A stretch of DNA of 57,139 nucleotides, filler included, from Sphacelaria rigidula (taxonomy: Eukaryota): the NCBI GenBank assembly GCA_964200075.2. It is 8 parts of 8 records of this genome, joined end to end, with 100 filler letters (N's around TTAATTAATTAA, not from the genome) between each part and the next. Parts side by side here need not be neighbours in the genome. Positions count along the whole stretch, not along the records: positions 7,157 to 14,211 come from CAXNAA020016728.1; positions 14,312 to 21,366 come from CAXNAA020016729.1; positions 21,467 to 28,521 come from CAXNAA020016730.1; 5 more parts are not named here. One strand, 5' to 3'. The translations under genes and the position numbers were made by a program. Shown one piece after another: positions 10,820 to 24,013 of the stretch. The notes beneath the pieces were generated by a model. That model saw only the letters and a program-made list of their open reading frames with translations. It did not search any database and was not told the origin of the DNA. Position 1 is the first letter of the stretch. Each line of letters begins with the position of its first letter.

Positions 10820-13800
10820 CATTTGCGTGAAGCTGTCTCGAGGTATCTTGCTTCGGACACGATTTACGAGCTGAGTTGTGCTGATTGCTGGATCGATCCA
10901 TCCATCTGCACAGTTTGTGACGTGCCGCACTGAAGCACGTCTGATAAATCTGATAATCTCTTCACATTGGCGTCGACGGTAGGAATCGTCGCTCGCTCAA
11001 CACTGCCGCTGCTCTGACACAGGCTCTTGATGGCTTCATGGCCGCTATGGATCCGGACCACGCCTCGGGGAAGCCAGGTCCGGCTCTACTCCGTGATCTG
11101 GAGCGCCGTTTGACCGGTTATTTCGATCGCAGCACTCATGGGAGTGCTATACAACGACTTGGTTATTTCGGTGTCGCAACAGATGTCCCCTTCGCGGACT
11201 ACCTTCGAGAACCCAAGCTCCTCGTTTCCGGCACTATGGGGGTAGGTCGCCAAACTGAGCCGTCGGATGCAATGTTCCAATTATATGTGAGGAAAAATGC
11301 ACCCGAGTAGTTCCCGACACTTATGCCATTGCTGTTTCCAGGGGCTTCACCACACCGCGATGTGCCTTATTCCTCGGTGGATGCGATGTGGAATGCATTC
11401 GTACATCAGGAAAATAATTTGACGCCAGCCGTTCGCGGCGCGAAGTATTCCTCTGCGCGTTCTCAGCCTGATTCTGTGTCTCTCTCGACCCCTTCAGGGT
11501 CCCCTAGCAGTAACCGACCCCACACTTCGCCTCGTCCCTCATGAGTGCCCGCCTCTGTCGCCGGCTCTGTCATGACCGTTGCGAACAAACGAGACCCATT
11601 TCGCGCCAGTTTTGACGACTGGCCATACTCCACTGAGACTTGGGATGATGTTTACACTGTCTCTACATCAGCGTTTGCTACCAACAATCCACATTTGTGG
11701 AACCCACTTCTTTCGTCTGCTACTCGACAGGACGCTTTCGGTCGCCATGCGAATAGTTGCACTAATTGTAACACTCAGGAATACAGTATGCGCAACTGTA
11801 ATCGTCCTTGTATTAACGCTCTCAACCTCATCAATCCTGAATTACAGGACAATGAACCAGCATGGCGCCGCTGGCAATGACGTATGCGTGATTACCGTAC
11901 ATCCAACCGTCATTCCCGTCACTCTCCGCACCACCGCGACAACACACGCTCGAATCGCGACCGTCGCCCCAACTATGACAGCTCGGGTCCTCGACGCAGG
12001 GATGACCCCCCTTACCGTGCCCAGACTGCCACTAATAGACATCAGCGCGCCCGACTCCACCATAACAACTCGAACCGCAACACCAGACACGCCGATTCCT
12101 TCATGACTGGTCGTAATGATCCCTGATGCGCCCTCGCCGGCGTTATTACGTCTCCGGCGCCGTCGACAGCACCCACAGAGACTACCTCGACGACGCTCGC
12201 GAAGCAAGTGAAAAACCTTACTCGCTCAGTTTCCCGGGCAATAGGTATGAGTACTTATGATGGCCGCTCACATCGACCCCCATCTTCACCACTCCACAAA
12301 CAGGGTAACACTTGCGTTGACTCATAACTTAGCTCTACGCCCGGCACTGGACCTGGTCCTCCAGAACTGAGTGTAAATCTGAGGGGTGGGAAAACCAACC
12401 GCCCGTCACTGAGGCAAGGGCTTCCCCCAGCGACCGCACGCGCAGGCAGTGGTGTACTTCACTCGACTGGTTCAAGTGTCGCTGGTCTGAATTTGACCAC
12501 TTCGGGTCAAGTAACACCCACCCAGCTCGATAGGGATCGTTCTTCGCGTCCATCGTACCGCGCAAAACTACCCCTGAATTGTTCTCACGAAAAACATCCT
12601 ACTTTACGTTCAGCTACGACTCCTCAGCCAAGTTTGCCAACGGAAAGACCACAAGCTTCGCCCGAGCATGCCCCGATGCTGACCCCATCCACCCAACTGA
12701 ACGCACATTAGGTTTCCCCAAACACTTTGGAAGTTCCCCGGCCCTTGTTACGGCGAGAGAGGCGAGAGAGGAAGCCCCGTGAACATGCCCACAAGGTAGC
12801 GCGCGCATCAATACGTACACCTCCTTCGAGTGAAAAATCTCGACCTCACTCTCTCCAAAATGCGATGACTTTGAGCTCGATGACTTTTTTTTTATCAGGC
12901 ATCACAGAAGAATCCAAATCAGATATTTCTGATGTCTCTGCCTCTTCAACAGACGACCCTAGCGTCGAACAGCATAGGTCCACTTTCGAAATTGATCCCT
13001 GCCTTCCCAAAACGGGTATCTATGAAATTGCTAATGACCAGCCGAGCTGTGCTATCCCTGGGGATCACATTCCATCCACCATACTTCCTGGTAAGAAAGT
13101 TGACCCCCCGGCGGATCATCCGCCGGCCGTTTTCGCCGTCGGCACTGCTGATCCCGATCAATTTACCTTGGCTAAACATGGCCCGGATCTTGTCGGAGGT
13201 GAAGTATCTGTTGATCCTGCGACTTTTACTACTCGCGTAGCGATCCATTGTAGCCAATACGCCACTACGCCTGCCAAATGTGTCTATTTTTTTGATAGTG
13301 GTAGCCCACAAACCTTTATCCGTGAAACAATGTGGGAACACATGAAACGGATTGGCGCTGCATCAGCAGCTTGCGAAGTCACCACCCAGCCTCGAGTATG
13401 GGGTGATTTTGGTGACTCCACCGGACCTTTGACCACACGAAAACCAGTACGTCTCAGTGTGCAACTCTCTCACAACACAACTCGTTGTGCCAACCTTGCA
13501 GTCTGGGCATATCTCGTCCCCGACAACACCATGGCTCACGCCTCGCTACTGGGCAGAGAGAGTTACATGCGGTTTGATCAACGCACCTACCGCACGCTAC
13601 CATCATTATCGCCACAGTCTACTCCTCGTGGTGAACTCAACCTTGAACGTTACGGTACTCTTCACGGCGCCTTGGCCTATAAAAAAAATGAACAAGCTAC
13701 CGGAGCTGTTTACCACCTACGATACGATGGTAGTGCTGGTGTTGCCCTCTCCGATGATCCTCAACTGCTCGAAGTGGCCCTCATTCGCCGAAATGGCATG

Positions 13801-14140
13801 CCTGCCCTTGCGGGACATACCTCGCCGAGATGCTTCCTCGGGTTGGTGCGCCTGTCGGCACAGAGCATTTTGTCTCCGCAGGAAAACAACTTTTACCCCT
13901 CACGGGTCATGCTAACTTGGAACCCGGTGATGTCATAGGCATCGCCGCTGCTCCCTTAATGCACATTCTACTTGAGACATGTGTAACGGTACCCTCGGCG
14001 CCCGCTCCTGCGCCCCAGACAGATTGTTCTGTCAATTGCGTCGATGAGCCTTATTTCGACCTAAACTCTTCTACTTCATCACGGATCCACACTGTGGATC
14101 CTGTTCGGTCATCTTCCGACCGCCCCCCGCCCCCCGATGT
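10820..14140 (+). mobile_element. Decayed gag-protease region of an LTR retrotransposon (Ty3/gypsy-like)
   Basis: ORFs at 11038, 11323, 11545, 11884, 12493 and 12727 share one frame broken by stops. Degenerate zinc knuckle CTNCNTQEYSMRNC. Aspartic protease FFDSGSPQTFI...LLGRE. Possible LTR beginning tgtca at 10562. Confidence 0.75.
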
Positions 14141-14211
14141 TGCTCCGTCTCGAAAGGGATGCGTGGTCAATGGTCAAACGACTAAGGCAAGCAACAAATG
14201 AGTACGCCCCC
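14141..14211 (+). mobile_element. LINE 3' end fragment (APSRKGCVVNGQTTKASNK*) interrupting the gag-pol element
   Basis: Near-identical to the reverse complement of 38682-38748. Confidence 0.7.
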
Positions 14212-14311
14212 NNNNNNNNNNNNNNNNNNNNNNNNNNNNNNNNNNNNNNNNNNNNTTAATTAATTAANNNNNNNNNNNNNNNNNNNNNNNNNNNNNNNNN
14301 NNNNNNNNNNN

Positions 14312-14437
14312 AGTCTCGAACTCCATATCTTTTGTGCAGGAAGCGAACATTTGACCATTGAGCTACCAGTGAGCGCTCACTGGTAGCTCAATGGTCAAAT
14401 GTTCGCTTCCTGCACAAAAGATATGGAGTTCGAGACT
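14312..14437. repeat. Perfect 126-bp palindrome whose arms carry tRNA-like A/B boxes
   Basis: Centre gagc|gctc at 14374/14375. TAGCTCAATGG at 14384-14394 and GTTCGA at 14428-14433, mirrored on the minus strand. Confidence 0.9.
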
Positions 14438-14556
14438 CAGCATGATCAATTGTGGAAGGAAGGAATTTGAAATGTGGACAGTGAGGCTTGCGAGGGGCAA
14501 GAGGCCCCGGAGATCCCTGATGTGTCATGCCGGGATGGACCACGCAGCATATCTTT

Positions 14557-14636
14557 TGTTCAGGAAGCGAACAGTTTACCCATTGAACCAGTTAGCGCTC
14601 ACTGGTTCAATGGGTAAACTGTTCGCTTCCTGAACA
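14557..14636. repeat. Second related 80-bp palindrome (one mismatch)
   Basis: tgttcaggaagcgaac...tagc|gctc...gttcgcttcctgaaca. Confidence 0.9.
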
Positions 14637-15974
14637 TGCTCTTTTGCTCCAACTATCGGCTTTTGAATGACACGTATGTTAGTCAGGTCAGGTCAGGTGC
14701 AGTAATCAAGCGATGACCCGGTGATACCAACCAGTGTCATAGACCAAAGCAAAAATGAAAGGGTATGAAATACAGACACTGGTTTGTATCTCACACCCTG
14801 TCGTGGACTAAAACTGGGTGTCTCGATGGCAGCATCCCTCACTATTATATCAACAATACTCCAGAAGTACCTGGCCGCTACCCCCCAGACATCCCTATCC
14901 CCACCCGCTCTCACCGGAATTTTGACACTCCGAGGTATAACTGCGGTACAATAGTAGTATGATTCATGTGGTGTATGACAGTCAGCGCCATCTTGGGTAG
15001 TCAGTAGAGTGTCGCCCCGCTGACAAGAGAGTCAGGAGAAGACGGATTTGAGATTTTGACAAATGCATGGCCTAGACTTGAACCGTTCCTCTGCCTGCCC
15101 TGGCCATTGATATCAAGCCTGCCTGCACAGAAGAACAAAAGTCAGATTGAGCCTGTTTTCTGGTTTCTTGTCAGGGAGCCAACACACAGCATGTTGACAT
15201 GTGCGGTACTAAAGCCACGTAGTATGCTGCTTGTCCACCCGAGCTGGTCGGCCAAACGCGGCTTAATGCTTGCCTGTTGGCCGAAATTGCGGCGAGTCAG
15301 GGTGTATGATACTTTTGAATTATACTTTTTTTTGAGACAGGGTGCAAGCGTGTACAACATGGGGCGTATATAAACAAAGTTCGGTTTCAGCGCATTCCAC
15401 AAGGTATCCAATTGGTGATCGAGCTTCGTTTTATCGGTGAGTACCTTGACCTTATTGGGTAATAGTTCACTTTTTGTGTAGGAAGACCTGTGCTTAGCAG
15501 TTTTGTCGCACTTCCTGCTTGCTTTCTTCACATTCCATAAACGTTCGGCGGTACTGACTGCATCCGAATCTGGGCTGCAGTCACGCGTTGACGAAGACTG
15601 TTGTCATCTTGTTTGTTCAAGACCACCGCACCGTAGCCTTACCTCCACATACTGCTGGAATATTGTCAACGGACAGATACCAGGCGCAGGATCGCAGGGA
15701 TTGAAGTATACGTTGCGTCGATAGCCTTGTTGGCGGTGAAATTGGTCGAGAATACGCTTTGCTGGCACCAAAGTTTGGTGGTGGAAGGCTTCCCCAACTG
15801 GGACCCCTTCGGCTGACACTTCGGTCGTGCTATGCTGTACCCCACACTATGGAGTGCACTACTTGGTTGATTGATGAACCGAAACAAAATCCTGACCCGC
15901 TTCAAATCCAGCTGTGGTCACAAGATTAGACATACCCAACTGTAACAAAGAAGTGATGGTCGTACAAAACCGGA

Positions 15975-16915
15975 TCCGCGACTTGTACAAAGCCAAAATT
16001 GGTGCGGCTGTGAACTTGCAGCTCTGGCCAGTTGAGTTTAGAGTGGCCGCGCCAGCGGCCAGTACATCGATGATTTTCCATCATAACTGGAAAAATATCG
16101 GCGACGAGCGGCGAAATTGCAAGCCGCAACGTCCCCCTCCACCGCTGGTCAGGAGGCCTCGCGGCAGCGCCGCCGTAGGTGACAAAAATTTCGGTATTTG
16201 TCTTGTTTTCCCTTTGAAAATGTGGATACTTGTAAAAAATGGGACCCCTCACATTGAGGAGCCAAGAGGCTGACACCGTCTTGTGTGGCAACCAATCCGT
16301 CGTATTTGTACAAATATGAGGATTCCAGCCCGTCTACAGCCGATTTTCTCCCGCGGATTGATTTTTCGGACCTCCGTCCGTTGGGCAATGTTTTCCGCCT
16401 AGTTTGGGGGAAACCAGATCAATTCTCCGATTTTCTGGACGCTGACTTTTGTTTTATCACCTTTTTGCTCAGATCGCGAGACTCCCGCATCTCCCCCGAA
16501 TCTGGACCTTTCTCCGAATCTCTGGACGCTGACCTTCGGTTCATCACCGTTCTGCTCAAATGCGGGAGTCTCCCGATCCGACCAGAAAGGTGATGAACCG
16601 AAAGTCAGCGTCCAGAGAATCGGAGAATTGATCTGGTTTCCTCAGAACTAGGCGAAAAACATTGCCCAACGGACTGGGGTTCGAAAAATCAATCCACGGG
16701 AGAAAATCGGCTGCAGACGGGCTGAAATCCTCATATCTGTACAAATACGGATTGGTTGCCATACAAGACGGTCTTACAGATGACATTGTAATTTCATTCG
16801 AAGCGGTGAGCCATTCGAAGATCATTTATCTGTAGCATGCAACAGCAGAGACTCTCCGTGAGGAGCGGAGGATGGGAGCATACTGGGAAGCCAAGACTGG
16901 CAGCACGTGGGGATG
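15975..16915. repeat. Dispersed repeat, here split by a family A MITE
   Basis: 15975-16270 plus 16772-16915 align colinearly with the uninterrupted copy at ~37275-37730. Confidence 0.8.
16275..16771. mobile_element. Fold-back MITE, family A, ~215-bp TIRs
   Basis: accgtcttgtgtggcaaccaatccg...cggattggttgccatacaagacggt. Absent from the homologous empty site at ~37590. Confidence 0.88.
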
Positions 16916-19524
16916 AGAGCGCATTTTTTTTTCACGTCCGCGCCGACTAACACGCATGCACCTGAATAGAAAGACGTACATGGTGTATTCCGCTTTTTGT
17001 GGTCGCAGGCTACCGTTTTTTTTTTTCGGATTTCGTGCAATGAAATGACAAACCGTGACATACAACAGTATATCCGTTATACCACTGCTAGGTGTGGTGA
17101 GCATGTGCTGCATCATGTTCGAAACGCTCTTCATCATGCAATTGACAGGTGGCAATCGTGGTTTGGCGTTCGGCAGTTCTGCATCAAGCGTCCCGCCCTA
17201 TACATCTAAGTCACAACTCCATTTTTCCTTCATTTTCCTCCTTCGATGGACTAGTCGTCGGCCTACACGCTATGGCCGAGAAAAATGGAAAACTGTAGGA
17301 CCACGAAGTACCAACGAAGCAAACAGGATGACAAAAAGCAGAAAAATCTAAAGTGGTCAGCTAGCGACTGGCCCGGGGCAAACCAGTTCTTCATGCGCTA
17401 CGGTACTACCACAGAACGCCAGACCTACGCTGTCCAAGTCGACGGAAACACGGAAGACGAAGCATGAAGCTGTGCACCGCTGCTTTACGCGTCATCGACG
17501 GAAACTAGTTCCGTCGACGCCTTAGAAGCACCCTCCGTCTCAATTGATACCCCACATGCTTACGCAACTGTAAATTGCAGCCCTCAATTTTACAGTCGAA
17601 ATGTTCATAATAATGGTGGTGAGCATCTGTTATAACGTCACCATACTTATAGTGGTATAAAGATAGCCGGTAACGACAAGCCTCAAATAAACTGGGTAAA
17701 CTGGCGCCCTCGTCACCAGTTCCAGTAACTTAAGTTCCAGCTCAATCGACAGTATAAACTGGTCCGGTTTCACAACTTTAAAAATTGGCAATATAGAGGC
17801 GCCCAAGGTAAGTACAGTAGGTTGTACTGTGCACGGAAACACCGCGAAAGGGAAAATATGTGCTGTACAGCAACATATTTCCACCTTACAGCTACTGTAC
17901 CCTACAGAACACAACATTGAATCATTTCACATGTTGATGAGGTTGGACTGGACAGGAGGTGCAGAGAATAATTTTCAAAAACTTTGAGCATGAAAAAAAA
18001 ACTTCAATATGGTTGTAGAGGCGAAATGAACCGCGAGAAAGGGGAAACATGTGCTGTACAGTATAATAGGTGCCCTATACACAGCAGGATGGTAGTGCCG
18101 ACCCTCCAAATAAGTTTGTATGGGGCACCATTCTGTATGAAAGTACCAGTCGCACGGAAGATGTGCGTCCCAAGAGTGCATCAAGTTTATATCCATGTCG
18201 CTGGTGGTGCACAAATCGGTGAAAAGACGCCCCCCCTAAACATGCTATGCGTCATTATTTATGTACTGCTCGTGCTCACAGCGCAAGGCTACAACAACTT
18301 CTGTCATGAAGCTTTTTCATGTGAGCCCATGTGAGACCTCCAATTCATCAATGCGTGGTGATTTGTCCATCCAGGTGTCTTCCGTCAGGAGAATCAGCGC
18401 AGCAAAAACGAATCGTCGCACGCCGTATTTACGCGCACAGGTGGTGGAATAGCGCGCTGTTTGCGCGCTTTCTATCTGGCTGTGCCTCTGCTGCGTAGCC
18501 ACCCGCCCGCAACTTCTTTTCGTGTGAATCAGGCTGCTGTCCACTGGCAAAATCACGATTCGCCCATACTGCGCGATGTGTCATGTATCTGGCCGGCGTA
18601 GACGGTCTGAGGCGAAGTCAATACCCCATTGCTGGTATCGACACAGCGGGGCAGTGCTATATACTATACCCACAACACACGAACTAGATAGAACTGTGTC
18701 CAGATGCCAGGGCCGGTTACCCGCGCACCCGACTTTGACCTGTAATGATCCCATCTAGCCTCTGCCTGACTCTAGCCTGCACTTTGGCTACCTCTACGTG
18801 CCTTCTTTTCCGTGATCTCACTGAAGGGGGTACTGCATAGCTAGCGAATCGCACTCGTTTCTTGACCATACCAATACCAACCAGAGGATCGGCACCCATT
18901 TTTCAGTGCTCGAAGTTCCCCCTCGGTTTTTGTCTACTTAGCGTGACGCTTGCTACATGCTTTGATGCGACCAATGACGGTGCTACAGCAGCTGCTCTTT
19001 CCGCTAACTTCACTTTACCCCCATCGAGAGAGGGATCCCGAGTTGGGCCCCATAAAACACCTAGGAATACCAGTTCGTCCTTGTGTCTCTTGGCCAACCA
19101 TTATCGAATAAATGGTGATTGTGCTTGAGCCTACAGTGTACGTGCAAGGTTCGTCCATTTTCTTTTTATTATCATCTCCATCAGCCGATTTCGGGCTCTT
19201 GTCTCTCTTTGAGTTTTTCTTGTCAAACTTAGCTCGTTTACAGGCACCACTAGGGCCTGTCGACGAATAACGCGGGTCCCCCGAGTTGGATTATCTTCTC
19301 TGAGAGAGATCTCCCTCAGAACTTGTCCGTTATTTTTTCTTTCATCAACCTCGCCGCCGGTATTCGACGACACACGCTATACTGAAAGACACCTCCAAGA
19401 GAACGGATACGGTACCGAGTACTCGCTGGTAGGTCTACGACGCGGTGCGCTGTGCCTTTAATATGCTCTCAACTGTATACCACAGAACCAAAAACATACA
19501 CATAAATGGACCCCAGTTAAGGGA

Positions 19525-19525
19525 G

Positions 19526-19595
<70 letters not shown>

Positions 19596-19596
19596 T
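19525..19596. repeat. (ACT)n microsatellite
   Basis: Direct read. Confidence 0.95.
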
Positions 19597-20499
19597 TACC
19601 ACCATTACAGCACGTGATATCGACTACCATGGACTAGAGAAAATCGACCTGCGACAATGCATGCCCCCCTTCGATTCAGTTATTCTGTGTCGTCGTATTT
19701 GATGCGCGCAATACTTTCTGTACTGTGAAAGACGTGTCACACCCCATCATTTTACGGGATGAAATAAAGAGTTCAAGGTCGGCCTTTTTTTGTGCGTGGA
19801 TCACGTGCACTTTCATCAAAGCCATGAGGGCAGCACACTGGGTCCTCGGATCGCACACTCTAGACCACGTACCATGGCAGACTGTTTCAAACGGCCAAAC
19901 ACCTCTTTGGGAGCTCCATGCGCATTGTACCTGCACATACGTCTGTCTGGCTGTTTTTTTCGTGAATACGCGACTCTGATTTCTGGGACCGTACTGAAAC
20001 ACTGCCCCAGTAGCATATTTCACGTCGTCAGCCAGCGAGAGGAAATGCTTGGTTGAGGACACTGACTCAGATGGAGTAGAGAGCATACCGTGGGTCGAAA
20101 CGTCAGGTGAACAGATACACTCAATATAGGATCTACGAAGTGTACGTCATATGAGCATATTTATATAGATAGGACCCCTTAACCTTCTTGAGTTTGTGAA
20201 TGCCGTGTGCTCTCGTAATTTTCGACAACAACTACTGCATGAAGATCCAGATTGTGATGACCGGTTGTCCCAGTGCTCCGTGATGTAGGGGGCTGTTCTC
20301 CTCTCATGGCGGTACGCTGGCGGTGACCCGCTTGTGGTTGTGCTTATAGTCCCTGTGCAGCAACCCGCCGATCCTATGCGATGGGTGTGTGCCCATGATA
20401 CTGAACTCGAATTCCTGTGCGCGCTCTTCATTCGTAACGGTAACGATACACCCGTTGTTTTCCTGGAAGACCATACGGAGCACTTGAGAATTTAGTCTG

Positions 20500-21260
20500 T
20501 CCCTATGCCCGAAGATCTATAAATGCCATCTGAGCGCTGAGATTATGGTCCACTTAGTCATGGCGTTTAAAAGGTCAGCTGCAACAGCACACACGTAGGC
20601 CTTCACCGCGGACGAGCACCGCGGTCGAGCGTGTTCTCTGCGGCGTGCGGCCTCATACCCCTCAACCTCAAGGCGTACAGCGCTGTGTGGTGCGGTCATG
20701 TGAAGCCTTACGTTGTTGTCTATGATGCCTGGTCCATAGTGCCCGATATCTCGAGGGCAGCATGAGTTTCCTGCTTTACCATATGCGATGTTGGGGGGAC
20801 ATTGCTTTTTTTTGTCGTTAAAGTAATTCGAAACCTCGGCACTTCCGACTTAGGTTTGATCTTTTTCGGGCACGACCGGAGATCGCGACGTCCGGAGGGT
20901 GGCTGCAGCTGTCGACGTAGTCACCGTAGAGACCCCCAACCCGACCCCTAGATACTTGAGCACATCACGGCAGTTGTTGGGAACCTTAGGTGTCGTTCTC
21001 CTGAATCAGACAGCGTCAGTTGGTTCCTGTTAGCACCATGTAGTGCAGTTAGTACACCAATACAGTCCGGATATGTACTTGAGCCAGTTTTTGTGCAGCT
21101 CCTCCCAGCGTGACCACAAGCCACACATCCGATGGACGATTTGTGTCAAATATCGCGTATATGTATGTGACCAGAAGTGATTCAAAATTTTCTCAGCGTC
21201 ACAACCGCACAAGGGTTCGGACACTACCCTTTTTTGTTCAACGTCAACACTCCATATTTT
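20500..21260 (-). mobile_element. Possible very old non-LTR RT remnant
   Basis: Only DVLKYLGVGL (~20940-20970) resembles the RT KYLG motif. Heavily disrupted. Confidence 0.25.
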
Positions 21261-21314
21261 AAGCTACTTCTAGTCAGGCCTTCATTACTGATACTCTCGT
21301 CTTACTCATGTAGT

Positions 21315-21366
21315 CGGTCGCCCCGGTGGCTCAGTTGGTAACCTCGTAACCTTCTGATGGTTGAGT
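21315..21366 (+). mobile_element. 5' head of tRNA-derived SINE (cut by contig end)
   Basis: cggtcgccccggTGGCTCAGTTGGtaac...ccttctgatggtt matches the SINE heads ending at 33260 and 41690. Confidence 0.8.
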
Positions 21367-22498
21367 NNNNNNNNNNNNNNNNNNNNNNNNNNNNNNNNNN
21401 NNNNNNNNNNTTAATTAATTAANNNNNNNNNNNNNNNNNNNNNNNNNNNNNNNNNNNNNNNNNNNNAAGCGAATGATCAAAGCCACTCTCAATCGTATCA
21501 TCTACTCTCAATCTCACGAGAACGTTGTTTCCTGTAGTATACGTCAATGCTCATCAGCTACGAAGTGCCGAATAATCAGTCGTCCAGGTATTTTTCATTT
21601 TGTCCGTACACCCACCTCGTTGATATGTAGCCTGTGACTCTAGATACGGTAGAGGGGCGTTGGGGTGCATTGGGAAGCGTCATGATGCGGTCGCGCAGAG
21701 CGAAATACCATGCGTCACCGTGCTGTCAGAGACTTGGACGAAAAACAAATAATACGTTTTACCAGTTTATGTATATCGCAAGTGGTGTGATGCCTTTAAA
21801 GAATCGAGAAATGACGCATGCCGCCAGCGACCCCTTTTGGTATGACGAGATGAACTGCAAACCCCCGTTCGCAACCAATCATCGCGTGGCCGGGTAGGTA
21901 CGGTGGTCTTGTTCAAGTAGCACCATAACGATGATTCATGGATGGGCAACAATAACACCGACCGTGTTCCACATACACCACCAGTAAATGTTTGTCGTCG
22001 CATGGCGGTTTCCAAACGAAATTCGGGAAGCATTGTGGATTCCTGAATGTACCTCGGTTCGCGCGTGGAATCTGTTGGGTTTTGTTTTCAGTTACTACCC
22101 CTCCACTGAACATTAAGTACTCATACGTCAGTCAACCTTGGAATACTGAATCCAAACAATCGAGACTCATCGCGGCGGTTATCGTCTTCTTCGCTCCGAA
22201 AAGTTCCAGAAGCGGTGAATATTTATGATGGACGTAATTGTTTTCACAAGGCGTATATCCCGGGTTTGGGCTAGGAAAACGGAGTAAAATACGCTTGGGG
22301 GTGTGTTACTGATAACAGTTTTCGTCATAACGATCGGCGTTGATAGATTCGATCGAGTAAAGTTGTCGAAGAGCTAAAACCTACAACGACGAACGGTCAA
22401 TCAGTGAGTTGTACAGGATCGAGGGTGATGAACTTCCACTCGAAACTACTGTCTGGTGATTCCCAAATTTGGGACCGAACGGGAACCGTGATAAGCTC

Positions 22499-22719
22499 TG
22501 TGACGACGTTATGCCGTTACGTTGAATTGGTAGTGATGGTCTGGATAATGACCGGGGACACAAGGTTGATACCCTGGCGTGTCTTGGAGGCTGTGCCTAC
22601 GAGGGCACTTCTGGATAATGAGAACGTTGTAATGGCTGAAGACTGAAACTGAGGCCAGTAAGACTGGGTAGTCCCTCAACAGCAGTGATCCAGCAGTTCT
22701 TCCACTGGCTGGCGTCACA
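22499..22719 (+). repeat. 5' LTR of gypsy element
   Basis: tgtgacg...cgtcaca, matches 26690-26938. Confidence 0.95.
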
Positions 22720-23985
22720 ATATCGATGTTAGTGTTAGTGCTAGTGCTAGTGCTAGAAACCTGCTGAAAAAGATTTCGGCGGAGTGAGTCTGGCAGCTGG
22801 GGACAACCTGACATCACGGACGCGTGACGGGTATTCGAGCTGATGATGGCTGCAGAAACGCGGCTGGCCTATGATCGATTCAAACTGGAGACTTGCTGAA
22901 GCTGCGTGCAGCGGGAGTTTGGAGGCTCCTACGACTGTATGGTGCGGTGACGAAGCCAGGTAAGTGCCGTTCGCGAAAGTCCACTGGCCTGGGAAAGTTT
23001 GCAGGTCGCCGGTTGCAGCTACGCGTATGGCGATCGGTTCGTGTACTACAACCAGCGTGACGCCCGCGGTTATGCCGAGAGAGTTGCGCCCTCCCCAATA
23101 CGGGGAGAGGTACTCAGAGAGTGCATCTCGCACTTTTATTACGAAGTACTTTGAGTACAAAAGCGTGTGAAGCACGCTAACGCAGGGGGTGCTGTGCGGC
23201 ATTAGTTAATGCCAATGACTCAACAAGTGCCAACCTTTGGGCAGAGAGTGTTTGCTCGTTTGGAGCATAAGAAGATTACAATCACCTCGCCGCAATTGGT
23301 TGCGGCAATAAAAAAAGCATACTGTGCATGCGGTGGGCACTTGCCACTGTTGTAGTCAGGTCGGTCATTACGCGCGCGATTGCCCAACGTCTTCCGGTGG
23401 AGAGTCTGGGCATTCTCATGCCGCGCGCCATCAGCATCGTCGGCACAAGGGCAAGAGACGAAGTAATCGTGGTGGCGGCGGCGGATCCTCCGGAGATGGA
23501 GGGTCGCATGCGAGCCCGCAGCAGCAGCAGCAACAGCAACAGCAGCAACAGCAGCAACGGCAGGGGCAGCGGCATCAGCATGGGTCTGGTTATGGGTCCG
23601 GCGCCGCCGCAGGTGCTGCTGCTCCGCGAGGGGCGGTGCAGGTGGGACCAACTCATACAGTGTCGAACACTGCGCCGGCGCCGGTGGTGGCGCCGGCGGC
23701 GACACCGGCAGCAGCGTCAGGCGCGACGCCTGCTGACACGCTGGCCGGAGGTTCGCCAAAATCTTGGTCTGCGGGCTGGGGGTCATACCCGCCGGCGGTT
23801 CCGTTTGAACCTGCCGGGGCGTCTTCGCCTGCGCAGCTTGAGCAGCGGTGGCGTCAAGTGGGATAAGCGGCGCATCGGTCGGCCAATGAGTTGTCAGTGG
23901 AGTTTGCGGACAACTACGTTACTGCGGAGCTGTGTCTCTCTGATCAACGGCAGCGTGGAGCCATTGCAGTTCAGGCTAAGTGGGA

Positions 23986-24013
23986 TTAGGGTTAGGGTTA
24001 GGGTTAGGGTTAG
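23986..24013 (+). repeat. Interstitial telomere-type repeat (TTAGGG)4TTAG
   Basis: Direct read, within the protease frame (RVRVRVRV). Confidence 0.92.

Noticed and set aside
12175..12200. DYLDD peptide resembling an RT active site (similar DYLDE at ~9400 on the minus strand)
   Set aside because: No surrounding RT motifs, and out of frame with the gag-protease ORF
18317..18620. RRPD and ILLTEDTW peptides resembling a non-LTR endonuclease
   Set aside because: Too short and disrupted to support a call
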